From assembly GCA_943371495.1 (NCBI GenBank), contig CALRVA020000001.1:1-45182 (forward strand): a stretch of 45,182 bases of DNA, given 5' to 3'. Origin of the DNA: Archangium gephyra (GTDB lineage Bacteria; Armatimonadota; Fimbriimonadia; Fimbriimonadales; Fimbriimonadaceae). Below, piece by piece: positions 19,353-27,127 of this stretch. Position 1 is the first letter of the stretch; the number at the start of each line of letters is the position of its first letter. The notes below the pieces were generated by a model. It was given only the letters and a program-made list of their open reading frames with translations. It was not told the DNA's origin and did no database searches. The position numbers and the translations under genes were made by a program.

Positions 19353-21782
19353 ATGAACGGACGAGGTGCGGCCCGGGCCGCCACATGGGGATTGAGCTTG
19401 ATGGTCAGCTTGGGGGCCGCCCAGGGCACCCGCGACATCACCAGCCTAGCCGAAGAGCGCTACGACGCCCGCATCCCCGCCCCCGAGGCCGTCCTCGGCG
19501 CACCGCTCGCCAGTCGCTACGCCCGCGCCCACGAACTGACCGAGTACATCCGCCTTCTGGACACCGCCAGCCCCCGCGTGGTGAGCGTGAACCTAGGCCG
19601 CACTTACCAGGGCCGGGAGATCACCGCCGCCATCATCACGTCCCCCGAAAACCACGCGCGGATCAAGGAAATCCAGGCTCAAAACCGGCGGCTGGTCTTC
19701 GATTCGGCCTCTATGACCGACGAAGAAATCAAGACCATGCCGACCGTGATGTGGATGGGCTACGGCGTGCACGGCAACGAGGCCAGCACCTCGGAGGCCG
19801 CCCTGGCCACCCTCTATCACCTCGCGGCAGGCTCCGGCCGGGTGCCTGCGCTGCTGAAGGACATGGTCATCATCCTGATGCCCTCCCTGAATCCCGACGG
19901 GCGCGACCGCTTTGCCAATCACGCGAACGGATTTAGAGGCCTTACCCCCACGCCGGACCGGCAAGACCGCGAGCACGACCAGCCCTGGCCCGGCGGGCGC
20001 ACTAACCACTTTTGGTTCGACCTGAACCGAGACTGGATGCCGCTGACCCAGGTGGAAAGTCAGGTGCGGCACCGACTCTACACCGCGTGGCGGCCGCAAG
20101 TGACCCTGGACTTCCACGAGCAAGGTTTGGGTCTCAATTACTTCTTCCAGCCCGGCGAGCCCTTGCGTGTGAACGCCCTGACGCCCAAAGAGAACCAGGC
20201 GATCACCGCCGACTTTGCGCAGTACCACGCCAAGGCGCTGGAGGAGCTGAACGAACGCTACTTCACCGAAGAGCGGTTCGATGACTTCTATATCGGCAAG
20301 GGCAGCACCTACCCAGACGTCATCGGCTCGATTGGCATCCTCTTCGAGCAAGCCAGCACCGGGGCCATCCAAAGTGAACTGCGTGGCCGGATTTACACCT
20401 TTGCCGATTCGGTGCGCAACCAGTTTGCGACCTCGATGAGCTCGCTGGAGGCCGCGCAGGCCAACCGCGTTCGGCTTCTCACCTACCAGCGCAACTTCTT
20501 TAGAGATGACGTGCAACTGGCCGGGGGCGTGGGCACCGAGATGGAGGCCACCACCATCGGCTGGCAGTGGCCAGTGGACGACCGGGGCCGCGAACTGGCC
20601 AGCCTACTGCGGGCGCACGAGATCCGGGTGGACGAAGCCGACGGCTGGATGGAAGTGCGGCTGAACCAGCCCCTGCACCGCCTGGCGCGGGCGATGATTG
20701 CCCCGCCCAACATCTTTGAAGATATCTCCTTCTACGACATCAGCACCTGGGGGCTGGCCTACGGTTCGATGGCCAAGGTGTCGCCCATCACGGGCACGCG
20801 TGGGCGCCCGTTCACGCGGCCGGTGGGGCCGACGTTCCGGCGGGCGGAGAACCCCGTCGGGCTCATCATCCACCGGGGCCGCGCGGACTTCCACGACGTG
20901 GTGCGGCAGGCCCTGCGCCTGCGGCTGCGCGCGTTCTTTGTGAAGGAGGCGATCGGCGAGGCGCAGCCGGGGGATGTGTTCATCGCGGCGGACGGCGCTC
21001 AAGATGTAGAAAAGTGGCGCGGAGCCTGGGAGGGTTCCAAGCTCCGAATTGATATGCAAGAAGTGGCCGGGCAAACCGGGGCCGTGGTGAGCTGGGGTGG
21101 CCGCCGCCTGGTGGAACTGGGCACCAAGCGCATCGCCCTGATTGCCGATGCCACCACCAGCAGCAACCGCGCGGGCGAGCTGTGGTACCGGCTGCCGGAT
21201 GTCTCGGTGGTGCCCGCCAGCGCGAACTTGGCGAACTACGATGTGGTGATCTACCCTGGTGGGGGCGGGGCGGAATTCATGACCCGCCTGGGCACCTTTG
21301 TGAGCGGCGGGGGCCACCTGGTGGCGGTGGGCGATGGCGCCTTGGCGGTGGCCAATTCGGATATCTGGCGAGTGCCGGCAAGCTCGTATTCCGCGAATGT
21401 GGCGGGGCTCAAGTTCGGGGAGATTGCCGATGAGCGGGCGCGGCACCAGGTTCCGGGGACGATCTTGCGGGTGCGCTACGACGACACCCACCCCCTGACC
21501 TACGGGCTGAGCGAGGGGTACGCGTTCCGGGATGAGAGCGTGTTCCTGAACGCGCCGACTGAGCCTGGAACTGCGGTGGGGGTTTACACGGATGAACCGG
21601 TGGCGGCGGGTTACCTGACACCGGAGGTGACGAAGCTCGTGCCGGGCAAGCTCTCGGTGGCGGCGCGGCGCGTGGGGTCCGGAAGGGTGGCGCTGTTTGC
21701 GGATTCGCCGAACTTCCGGGGGTTCTTCCGAGCGCAAGAGGAGATTTTCCTCAATGCGGTGCTGTTCGGGGAGGCGTGGTAA
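19353..21782 (+). CDS. M14 zinc carboxypeptidase with C-terminal glutamine amidotransferase-like domain
   Basis: Signal peptide; VHGNE, NPDGR, DLNRDW, LDFHE, LFEQ motifs. Confidence 0.9.
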   Translation: MNGRGAARAATWGLSLMVSLGAAQGTRDITSLAEERYDARIPAPEAVLGAPLASRYARAHELTEYIRLLDTASPRVVSVNLGRTYQGREITAAIITSPENHARIKEIQAQNRRLVFDSASMTDEEIKTMPTVMWMGYGVHGNEASTSEAALATLYHLAAGSGRVPALLKDMVIILMPSLNPDGRDRFANHANGFRGLTPTPDRQDREHDQPWPGGRTNHFWFDLNRDWMPLTQVESQVRHRLYTAWRPQVTLDFHEQGLGLNYFFQPGEPLRVNALTPKENQAITADFAQYHAKALEELNERYFTEERFDDFYIGKGSTYPDVIGSIGILFEQASTGAIQSELRGRIYTFADSVRNQFATSMSSLEAAQANRVRLLTYQRNFFRDDVQLAGGVGTEMEATTIGWQWPVDDRGRELASLLRAHEIRVDEADGWMEVRLNQPLHRLARAMIAPPNIFEDISFYDISTWGLAYGSMAKVSPITGTRGRPFTRPVGPTFRRAENPVGLIIHRGRADFHDVVRQALRLRLRAFFVKEAIGEAQPGDVFIAADGAQDVEKWRGAWEGSKLRIDMQEVAGQTGAVVSWGGRRLVELGTKRIALIADATTSSNRAGELWYRLPDVSVVPASANLANYDVVIYPGGGGAEFMTRLGTFVSGGGHLVAVGDGALAVANSDIWRVPASSYSANVAGLKFGEIADERARHQVPGTILRVRYDDTHPLTYGLSEGYAFRDESVFLNAPTEPGTAVGVYTDEPVAAGYLTPEVTKLVPGKLSVAARRVGSGRVALFADSPNFRGFFRAQEEIFLNAVLFGEAW

Positions 21783-21852
21783 AATTCAAGGTCGGTAAAC
21801 GTCAGGACTGCTTTTCACGTTACCTAAAGAGTGAGATATTCTTTGAGGAAAT

Positions 21853-22779
21853 ATGAGCGAAGACATTAAGGAAGAGAGCTGGGCGACTCAAGGTTCGGTC
21901 GAGTTCTTGACAAATCGCGATGAATTGCTTCGGGCTTATGACAGGGAAAAGGAAAAAAACGTCGATCGTCCGATAAAGTTATCGCACGGAAATGTTGGAG
22001 AAGCGGATTTTCGCCAATGGCTCTCGACCTTTTTACCAAAGAGATTCGGTGTAACCTCTGGGTATATCATTTCTCAAGGCAGGCAGGCTGGCAATAAGTT
22101 ACATCATTTCGATGTAATAATTTATGATCAAATTGAGGCTCCTGTTTTATGGGTGCAAGGCAGCAGTGATCAATCGGAAAACGGAAAGCGGAAGGCCATA
22201 CCCGCAGAGTATGTTCTCTGTGTTATCGAAGTGAAGTCGACCTTTTCAAAGGAGAACGTGTGTGATGCAATAGCGCAGCTTCGTAAGCTTGAGCCATTGA
22301 TGAAAGGACAGAATCAGGGCGATTCCACATACCCTGAGTACTTACCCAGTAACTTTCGATGCATGGTTGTTTTCTTTGAAATCCGAAAAAAGGAAGCGAA
22401 AAGCATAAGTGCATTGGAAGAGCTAGTCGCAGAAACTAGCCTTAGAGGATTTGTTGGGGGCATTATTCTGCGTGGTGAAGGTGCTCCTGCGAATTCGAGC
22501 GGACGTATCTACTTCTTGGAAATGCACAGGAGTCATAGCCATTATGATGCGATTTTTGAACGTTTGGACGATCAGCATGGCATGATAGGAGTGCTTTCAA
22601 GTACTGGTGTCGTGTCTACAACTGGAGAAATATCTCGGCATGGCTTCATAAACTGGGGCGACTTTTGCTTTGCGCAATTCGCTCATGATTTAGTCGCCAT
22701 ATGCCGTGGAAGGTTCAAAGTTGGCAGGCTTTCCAGCTGGCATGGATTGGACTTTCGAGCAAACAATACCGAGAACTAA
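21853..22779 (+). CDS. DUF6602/NucC-like PD-(D/E)XK nuclease; AT-richer insert
   Basis: GNVGEADFRQWLSTFLPKRFGV, FDVIIYD, IPAEYVLCVIEVKS; GAGG SD upstream; clearly lower GC than flanks. Confidence 0.75.
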   Translation: MSEDIKEESWATQGSVEFLTNRDELLRAYDREKEKNVDRPIKLSHGNVGEADFRQWLSTFLPKRFGVTSGYIISQGRQAGNKLHHFDVIIYDQIEAPVLWVQGSSDQSENGKRKAIPAEYVLCVIEVKSTFSKENVCDAIAQLRKLEPLMKGQNQGDSTYPEYLPSNFRCMVVFFEIRKKEAKSISALEELVAETSLRGFVGGIILRGEGAPANSSGRIYFLEMHRSHSHYDAIFERLDDQHGMIGVLSSTGVVSTTGEISRHGFINWGDFCFAQFAHDLVAICRGRFKVGRLSSWHGLDFRANNTEN

Positions 22780-22862
22780 TGGATTTGCCGATACCTGGTA
22801 ATCAATTGTTGGCTTAGGGCACGTCCGAATGTAGTCTGTGCGCAAAGAGTATCAGGTGGAAA

Positions 22863-24320
22863 TTACTTTGTATTTCGGGCAATAAACCCCTCCGCTGCCG
22901 CCAAGATCCGGTCGCGGCGCGTGGGTTCCAGTCGCTCGTAACCCCTTACGGCCTGGCTCATGCGCTGGTTCTGGGCAAAGAACTCCCGGTTCCGGGCAAT
23001 CGTCCGCCAATACAGCCCGTCCCACACATCGCACCACGGCCCGGCGGGCTCCCCGGACATCCGCCGGATGTACGCCGACCCGGAGAAGTACGGTTTGGTG
23101 GCAAACGCCCCCGCCGACGCGCACTGCGACATCCCGAACACGTTCGGCCCCATCACCCATTCGCTGGCGTCCACAAACATCTCCATGAAGTAGCGGTAGA
23201 CCTCCTCGGGGTCCACCTCGCACATAAACATCACCGCGCCGATGACCATCAGCCGCTCGATGTGGTGGCACCAGCCGTGGTCGCGGGCGCGGGCCAGGCT
23301 CCGGTCCAGCGGGGGGAGGCCGGTGGCGGCATTTTCCCACGCCGGGGTGAGGCGACGATGATGCGGGAAGGTGCGCTGCACAGCCGGTTCTTCGCGGGCG
23401 ATGCCCCGCACAAACTCGCGCCAGCCGATGATTTGGCGGATGAACCCTTCCAGCGAATTGAGCGGCACCGGGCGGCGGGCGTGCCGCGCGAGGGTGGCCT
23501 CGATGACCCGCGCCGGAGTGAGCAAGCCAATGTTGAGCATGGGGGTGAGCAGGCTGTGGAACACCGTGCGCTCCTGCGGGGGGAGGGCGTCTTCGTAGTC
23601 GCCAAAGAGGTCGAGACGGTGTTCCAGGAAGTCGGCCAGCCAGTCTTCGGCTTGGGCGGGGGTGACGGGGAAGGCGAAGGTGGCGGGGTCCCCGGCGGCC
23701 ACAGGGAAGTGGTTCTTGACGAGCGTGATGACTTCGCGGGTGATGGGGGTGAGGGCCGGGGGCATCACGGCCGGGGGCTGGAGATGCTTGGGGAGGGGCT
23801 TGCGGTTCTCGGTGTCGTAGCTCCACTGGCCGCCCAGGGGTTCTTGGTGGTCATCCAGCAGGATGCCCAGGCGCCGCCGCTGCCGCTTGTAGAAGTCGGC
23901 CATCAGCAGGCGCTTGTGGTGGGCGCGGTAGTTCTGCCACTCCTCGGCGGGGGTCAGGAACATCGGGTTGGGATGCTCCTTGAGCGTGATGCACTCGGTT
24001 TGCGCCCAGGTGCGGAGCTGGCGGGCGAAGAAGGCGTCGGCGGGCTCGAAGGTATGGACTTCTTGGGCTTGGCTGGATTGGAGGGTTTGGGCGAGCGCCT
24101 GGGGGATGGAGGTGCGGGCTTCAAGCGGGAAGTAGTGGACGCGGCCCGGGTGGCGGGCGGCGAATTCGCGCATGGCGGCGAAGGTGAGAACGAGCTTGTG
24201 GGCGTGGTAGCAGTAGTGCCGGGCGAGGTCGAGGTCTTCCACCATCACCACCGGGCCGGGGGGCAGCGCCGAGATGTCGGCAAAGAGCTGATCGCCCAGG
24301 ATGAGGTTGACGGCACCCAC
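22863..24320 (-). CDS. Cryptochrome/photolyase family protein (PhrB/CryB-like bacterial (6-4) photolyase class)
   Basis: LILGDQL, HAHKLVL, GGQWSYDTENR, FHSLLTPMLNIGLL, EGFIRQIIGWRE, HHIERLM, WVMGPNV, TKPY. Confidence 0.92.
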   Translation of the reverse strand: MGAVNLILGDQLFADISALPPGPVVMVEDLDLARHYCYHAHKLVLTFAAMREFAARHPGRVHYFPLEARTSIPQALAQTLQSSQAQEVHTFEPADAFFARQLRTWAQTECITLKEHPNPMFLTPAEEWQNYRAHHKRLLMADFYKRQRRRLGILLDDHQEPLGGQWSYDTENRKPLPKHLQPPAVMPPALTPITREVITLVKNHFPVAAGDPATFAFPVTPAQAEDWLADFLEHRLDLFGDYEDALPPQERTVFHSLLTPMLNIGLLTPARVIEATLARHARRPVPLNSLEGFIRQIIGWREFVRGIAREEPAVQRTFPHHRRLTPAWENAATGLPPLDRSLARARDHGWCHHIERLMVIGAVMFMCEVDPEEVYRYFMEMFVDASEWVMGPNVFGMSQCASAGAFATKPYFSGSAYIRRMSGEPAGPWCDVWDGLYWRTIARNREFFAQNQRMSQAVRGYERLEPTRRDRILAAAEGFIARNTK

Positions 24321-24358
24321 GCCTGGGGTCTACGGGACGGGGGGTGGGGGCGTCGCGG
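24180..24358. repeat. Direct repeat copy A (photolyase upstream region plus first ~47 codons)
   Basis: Core 24234-24333 matches 26379-26478 at 87/100 nt ungapped (manual alignment); similarity extends on both sides. Confidence 0.9.
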
Positions 24359-24390
24359 GGGGCGCGCGTCCAGCCTAATCGACGTCAGAA

Positions 24391-25290
24391 CTAGCCACCA
24401 TCAGTTGTAAACGTACTATTTACCATTGTTGTATATGTTCCCAAGAAAGGATTCTTCACATCATCTGGCAATGGCGATTGCGTTACATCTGAAATGAATT
24501 GCTGATAACTCATGAACAAAGCTCGACCTGTGGAAAACGGGATCGGTCCTGGTTGCTTTCCCGGAACCTCTACGAGTTCAATCAAGGCAACTTCCCAGCC
24601 TTCGTACCACTCCATGCCATTCGGTACTGTTCTCAAAACATAGTCAAACAGGGTCGGCCCCATAACTAGTGCGAAGCCTCCGCCGAACCTGCTTGCTAGG
24701 GGAGCCTTTCTAAATACTTGCCGCAGTTGACGCTTCCATGCATTGTCTGGAATCAATCCTACTTTCGGAAAGCTTTTCCTAAGATACTCATTTGTTCGCG
24801 CCGTTGACGCTGTCCATTGATCAACGTGTTTCGAAAGAGTGCCTGTGTTGCTTGTCTCGCCGCCACCCTGAATCTCTACAATAGCCATCTGTCGACCAAT
24901 GATCGCGTTTGAATTGACGCGCATAACATAGTCCAAGTACACCTTTCCGCCGCCAACTTTTTGACCAACTTGACGTCTGAAGCCAACATCCTTATCATCA
25001 GCGTCAGGGAATAGGCAACTCGCCACTTGACCTAAGATATTGAGATGGTCCGATGTCAATACATTAGACTTGGCTGGCACGAGCCTGTCTGAGCAAACAA
25101 CGAATAGTTGGTCACTATCTGATCTAACGCTACAGACTGGAGGATATGATTTCTGCCCGACTAGCTTTGAACATGGTCCACCCATAAACGGACACGTAGG
25201 GGCTATTGTCGGATTGAGGACTGAAGGCCTAATCTGAGGAGCGTCTACATCCGTTCTTTGACCAAGGTATTCAGCAATTCCGACTGGCAT
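24391..25290 (-). CDS. Type II restriction endonuclease, NotI-like family
   Basis: GIAEYLG start; Cys cluster CPFMGGPCSK...VCSV...VVCSDRL; catalytic-like YLDYV...IVEIQ; WKRQLRQ; adjacent to an m5C methyltransferase. Confidence 0.78.
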   Translation of the reverse strand: MPVGIAEYLGQRTDVDAPQIRPSVLNPTIAPTCPFMGGPCSKLVGQKSYPPVCSVRSDSDQLFVVCSDRLVPAKSNVLTSDHLNILGQVASCLFPDADDKDVGFRRQVGQKVGGGKVYLDYVMRVNSNAIIGRQMAIVEIQGGGETSNTGTLSKHVDQWTASTARTNEYLRKSFPKVGLIPDNAWKRQLRQVFRKAPLASRFGGGFALVMGPTLFDYVLRTVPNGMEWYEGWEVALIELVEVPGKQPGPIPFSTGRALFMSYQQFISDVTQSPLPDDVKNPFLGTYTTMVNSTFTTDGG

Positions 25291-26204
25291 AGCACTCTCG
25301 CGCCGCCTACTATACCTGACGACTCCAGTATTCGTAGCGCCAGCCAGTTGGCTACGTCCACATTCACGGCGTTGCCGAGGGCTCTGAATCTACGTCCGTC
25401 CATCCTGTCGGGAATCCCTGCAGAATCTCGTACTCCGAAGCCGTCATTCGTCGCACATACAACATCGGAGGACCCTCTGCTATCCAATGTGTATGTTTCC
25501 CCGTCGCATCTGTAGCCTTTTGCTTGAGGCCCAGCGGTCGGCTTGCGTCCGATTGTGGCATGCTGGATAACGTATACATCTGCGTCACGATCGCTGACCG
25601 TAGGTCTTCTGGCAGCGTGCGCCCCAGGGAGTCGTGTCTGTCTAACCACTTCTCCAACTGCTGAGTCGTCAAAAAGTACTCTAGAGGCGCAGCTGGTTCC
25701 AAGACTTGCGACAAGGAACGTACGACGACGTCTTTGGGGTGTTCCGTAGTATTTGCTGTCCAGAACTCGCCATGCAGTGCAATACCCGAGTTCATCCAAG
25801 GTTGAGAGTACGATTCGGAAATCTTCCCCACCGTGGGAATTAAGCAACCCGACCACATTCTCGATGACAAGCCATTTTGGTCGTACAATCGAAGCAAGTC
25901 CTGCAAACTTGTGAAAGAGTCCACTTCTGCCACCTTCTAATCCTAACCTTTTACCTTGATTTGCCAAGCTCAGATCTTGGCATGGAAAACCACCGCACCA
26001 GACGTCAGCGTATGGAATATCGTCTGGATGAACCTCGTTAATATCACCAACCAATGGAATGCTTGGCCAGTGCTTCCGCAACACGCTTTGGCAGAACGAG
26101 TCGCGTTCGCACTGGAACACAACTTCATACCCAGCTCGCTCGAACCCAAGATCGAATCCACCAATTCCTGCAAAAAAAGAGGCTACCTTCACCGTATTCC
26201 CCAA
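25245..26204 (-). CDS. DNA (cytosine-5) methyltransferase, alpha polypeptide lacking motif IX
   Basis: Motif I FAGIGG, IV GFPCQD, VI IENV, VIII PQRRRR, TRD YTLDS, X RALGNAV. No R-x-T-x-x-E...QGFP motif IX in this frame. TTG start. Confidence 0.93.
   Translation of the reverse strand: MGNTVKVASFFAGIGGFDLGFERAGYEVVFQCERDSFCQSVLRKHWPSIPLVGDINEVHPDDIPYADVWCGGFPCQDLSLANQGKRLGLEGGRSGLFHKFAGLASIVRPKWLVIENVVGLLNSHGGEDFRIVLSTLDELGYCTAWRVLDSKYYGTPQRRRRTFLVASLGTSCASRVLFDDSAVGEVVRQTRLPGAHAARRPTVSDRDADVYVIQHATIGRKPTAGPQAKGYRCDGETYTLDSRGSSDVVCATNDGFGVRDSAGIPDRMDGRRFRALGNAVNVDVANWLALRILESSGIVGGARVLCQSELLNTLVKERM
25364..25933 (-). CDS. Methyltransferase beta polypeptide encoded in an alternative frame within the MTase gene; carries motif IX
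   Basis: 189 stop-free codons in AT-richer DNA; ends VRRMTASEYEILQGFPTGWT (motif IX); SLSQVLE...YFLT motif; GTG start with AGGA 7 nt upstream. Confidence 0.85.
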   Translation of the reverse strand: MAEVDSFTSLQDLLRLYDQNGLSSRMWSGCLIPTVGKISESYSQPWMNSGIALHGEFWTANTTEHPKDVVVRSLSQVLEPAAPLEYFLTTQQLEKWLDRHDSLGRTLPEDLRSAIVTQMYTLSSMPQSDASRPLGLKQKATDATGKHTHWIAEGPPMLYVRRMTASEYEILQGFPTGWTDVDSEPSATP

Positions 26205-26309
26205 CAGTGTGACCTATACAGACGTCTAGTTGCAACCGTTTGTTCCAAGATTTTTCAGTACATACCGATGGACTAGATTAACTTGCGGGTTACTGGTCCT
26301 AGGACAGTG

Positions 26310-26465
26310 CTAGGCAGAGAAGGTGCGGACGAACTTGTTCGGGCAGTACCGGTACCGATGGTCGCGGGCGAACTCAAAGTCTTCCACCATCACCGCCAGG
26401 CCGATGGGCAACACCGAGATGTCGGCAAAAAGCTGATCGCCCTGGATGGAACTGGCGGCACCCAC
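26310..26465 (-). pseudogene. Truncated, diverged copy of the photolyase 5' end
   Basis: Translates MGAASSIQGDQLFADISVLPIGLAVMVEDFEFARDHRYRYCPNKFVRTFSA*, versus MGAVNLILGDQLFADISALPPGPVVMVEDLDLARHYCYHAHKLVLTFAA for the intact gene. Confidence 0.88.
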
Positions 26466-26503
26466 GCCTGGGGTCTACCTGGCGGGGGGTCGGGGCGTCG
26501 CGG
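26319..26503. repeat. Direct repeat copy B
   Basis: Diverged copy of 24180-24358, including an identical CGGCACCCACGCCTGGGGTCTAC that spans the start codon and putative -10. Confidence 0.9.
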
Positions 26504-26527
26504 AGCTTGGTTGCAGGTCCGGGGCCG

Positions 26528-26992
26528 CTAGTGATTCATCTCCGAGCGCAAAGCCCGCAACCGCGCGAAGGCCGCGGGGAAGGAACCCTTCTTGAACTCC
26601 GCCCCGATGTGCCCGTCGCAGAACTTCTCGCCGCGTGTGCACAGCACCAGGTAGCGGCGCACCTGGTTCAGCGTGGCCCGGGGGAAGTAGTCCGGCGGAA
26701 ACTCCGCCCCCATCGGCTGGAACGGCCGCCCATCCACCTCGGGGTCCTCGGGCAGGGTCGCGTAGGGGTCAATGTACGCCGAGCTTTCGTACAGCATCTG
26801 CACGATCAGCCCCACCACGGGGTTGTATTCCGGGTACGGCATTTGGACAATCCGCGTGCCGTTCTCCTCGAGGTCCGGGAGGTCCGGCCAGGTCATGATC
26901 TCGAAGTTCGGTGATTCCATCACCCGCGCCAGGTCCAGCAGGGCGTCAATGTCGGCGAGCCGCCATTTCTTGGTGGGCTTTTCCAGGCTCAT
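26528..26992 (-). CDS. DUF6508-like protein
   Basis: RRYLVLCTRGEKFCDGHIGAEFKKG..AAFARL resembles the DUF6508 R-x-E-R/K-F-C-x-G motif. Confidence 0.7.
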   Translation of the reverse strand: MSLEKPTKKWRLADIDALLDLARVMESPNFEIMTWPDLPDLEENGTRIVQMPYPEYNPVVGLIVQMLYESSAYIDPYATLPEDPEVDGRPFQPMGAEFPPDYFPRATLNQVRRYLVLCTRGEKFCDGHIGAEFKKGSFPAAFARLRALRSEMNH

Positions 26993-27006
26993 GGCCGCTC
27001 AAAAGG

Positions 27007-27091
<85 letters not shown>

Positions 27092-27127
27092 GTGGCTTCC
27101 AATTTACCCGGGGGTAAGGTCTGGGCC

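Noticed and set aside
21783-22862. Possible integron cassette or att sites around the DUF6602 gene
   Set aside because: No RYYYAAC...GTTRRRY attC hairpin or convincing repeats. The short ACGTCAG(G/A)ACT match with ~24382 is too small to be significant.
22852-23826. 324-aa alternative-frame ORF within the photolyase gene
   Set aside because: Pro/Arg/His-rich GC frame artefact; unlike the MTase beta ORF it supplies no missing motif.
26283-26531. 82-aa plus-strand ORF resembling the end of ORF 23262-24410
   Set aside because: The similarity is just the antisense reading of the duplicated photolyase segment.
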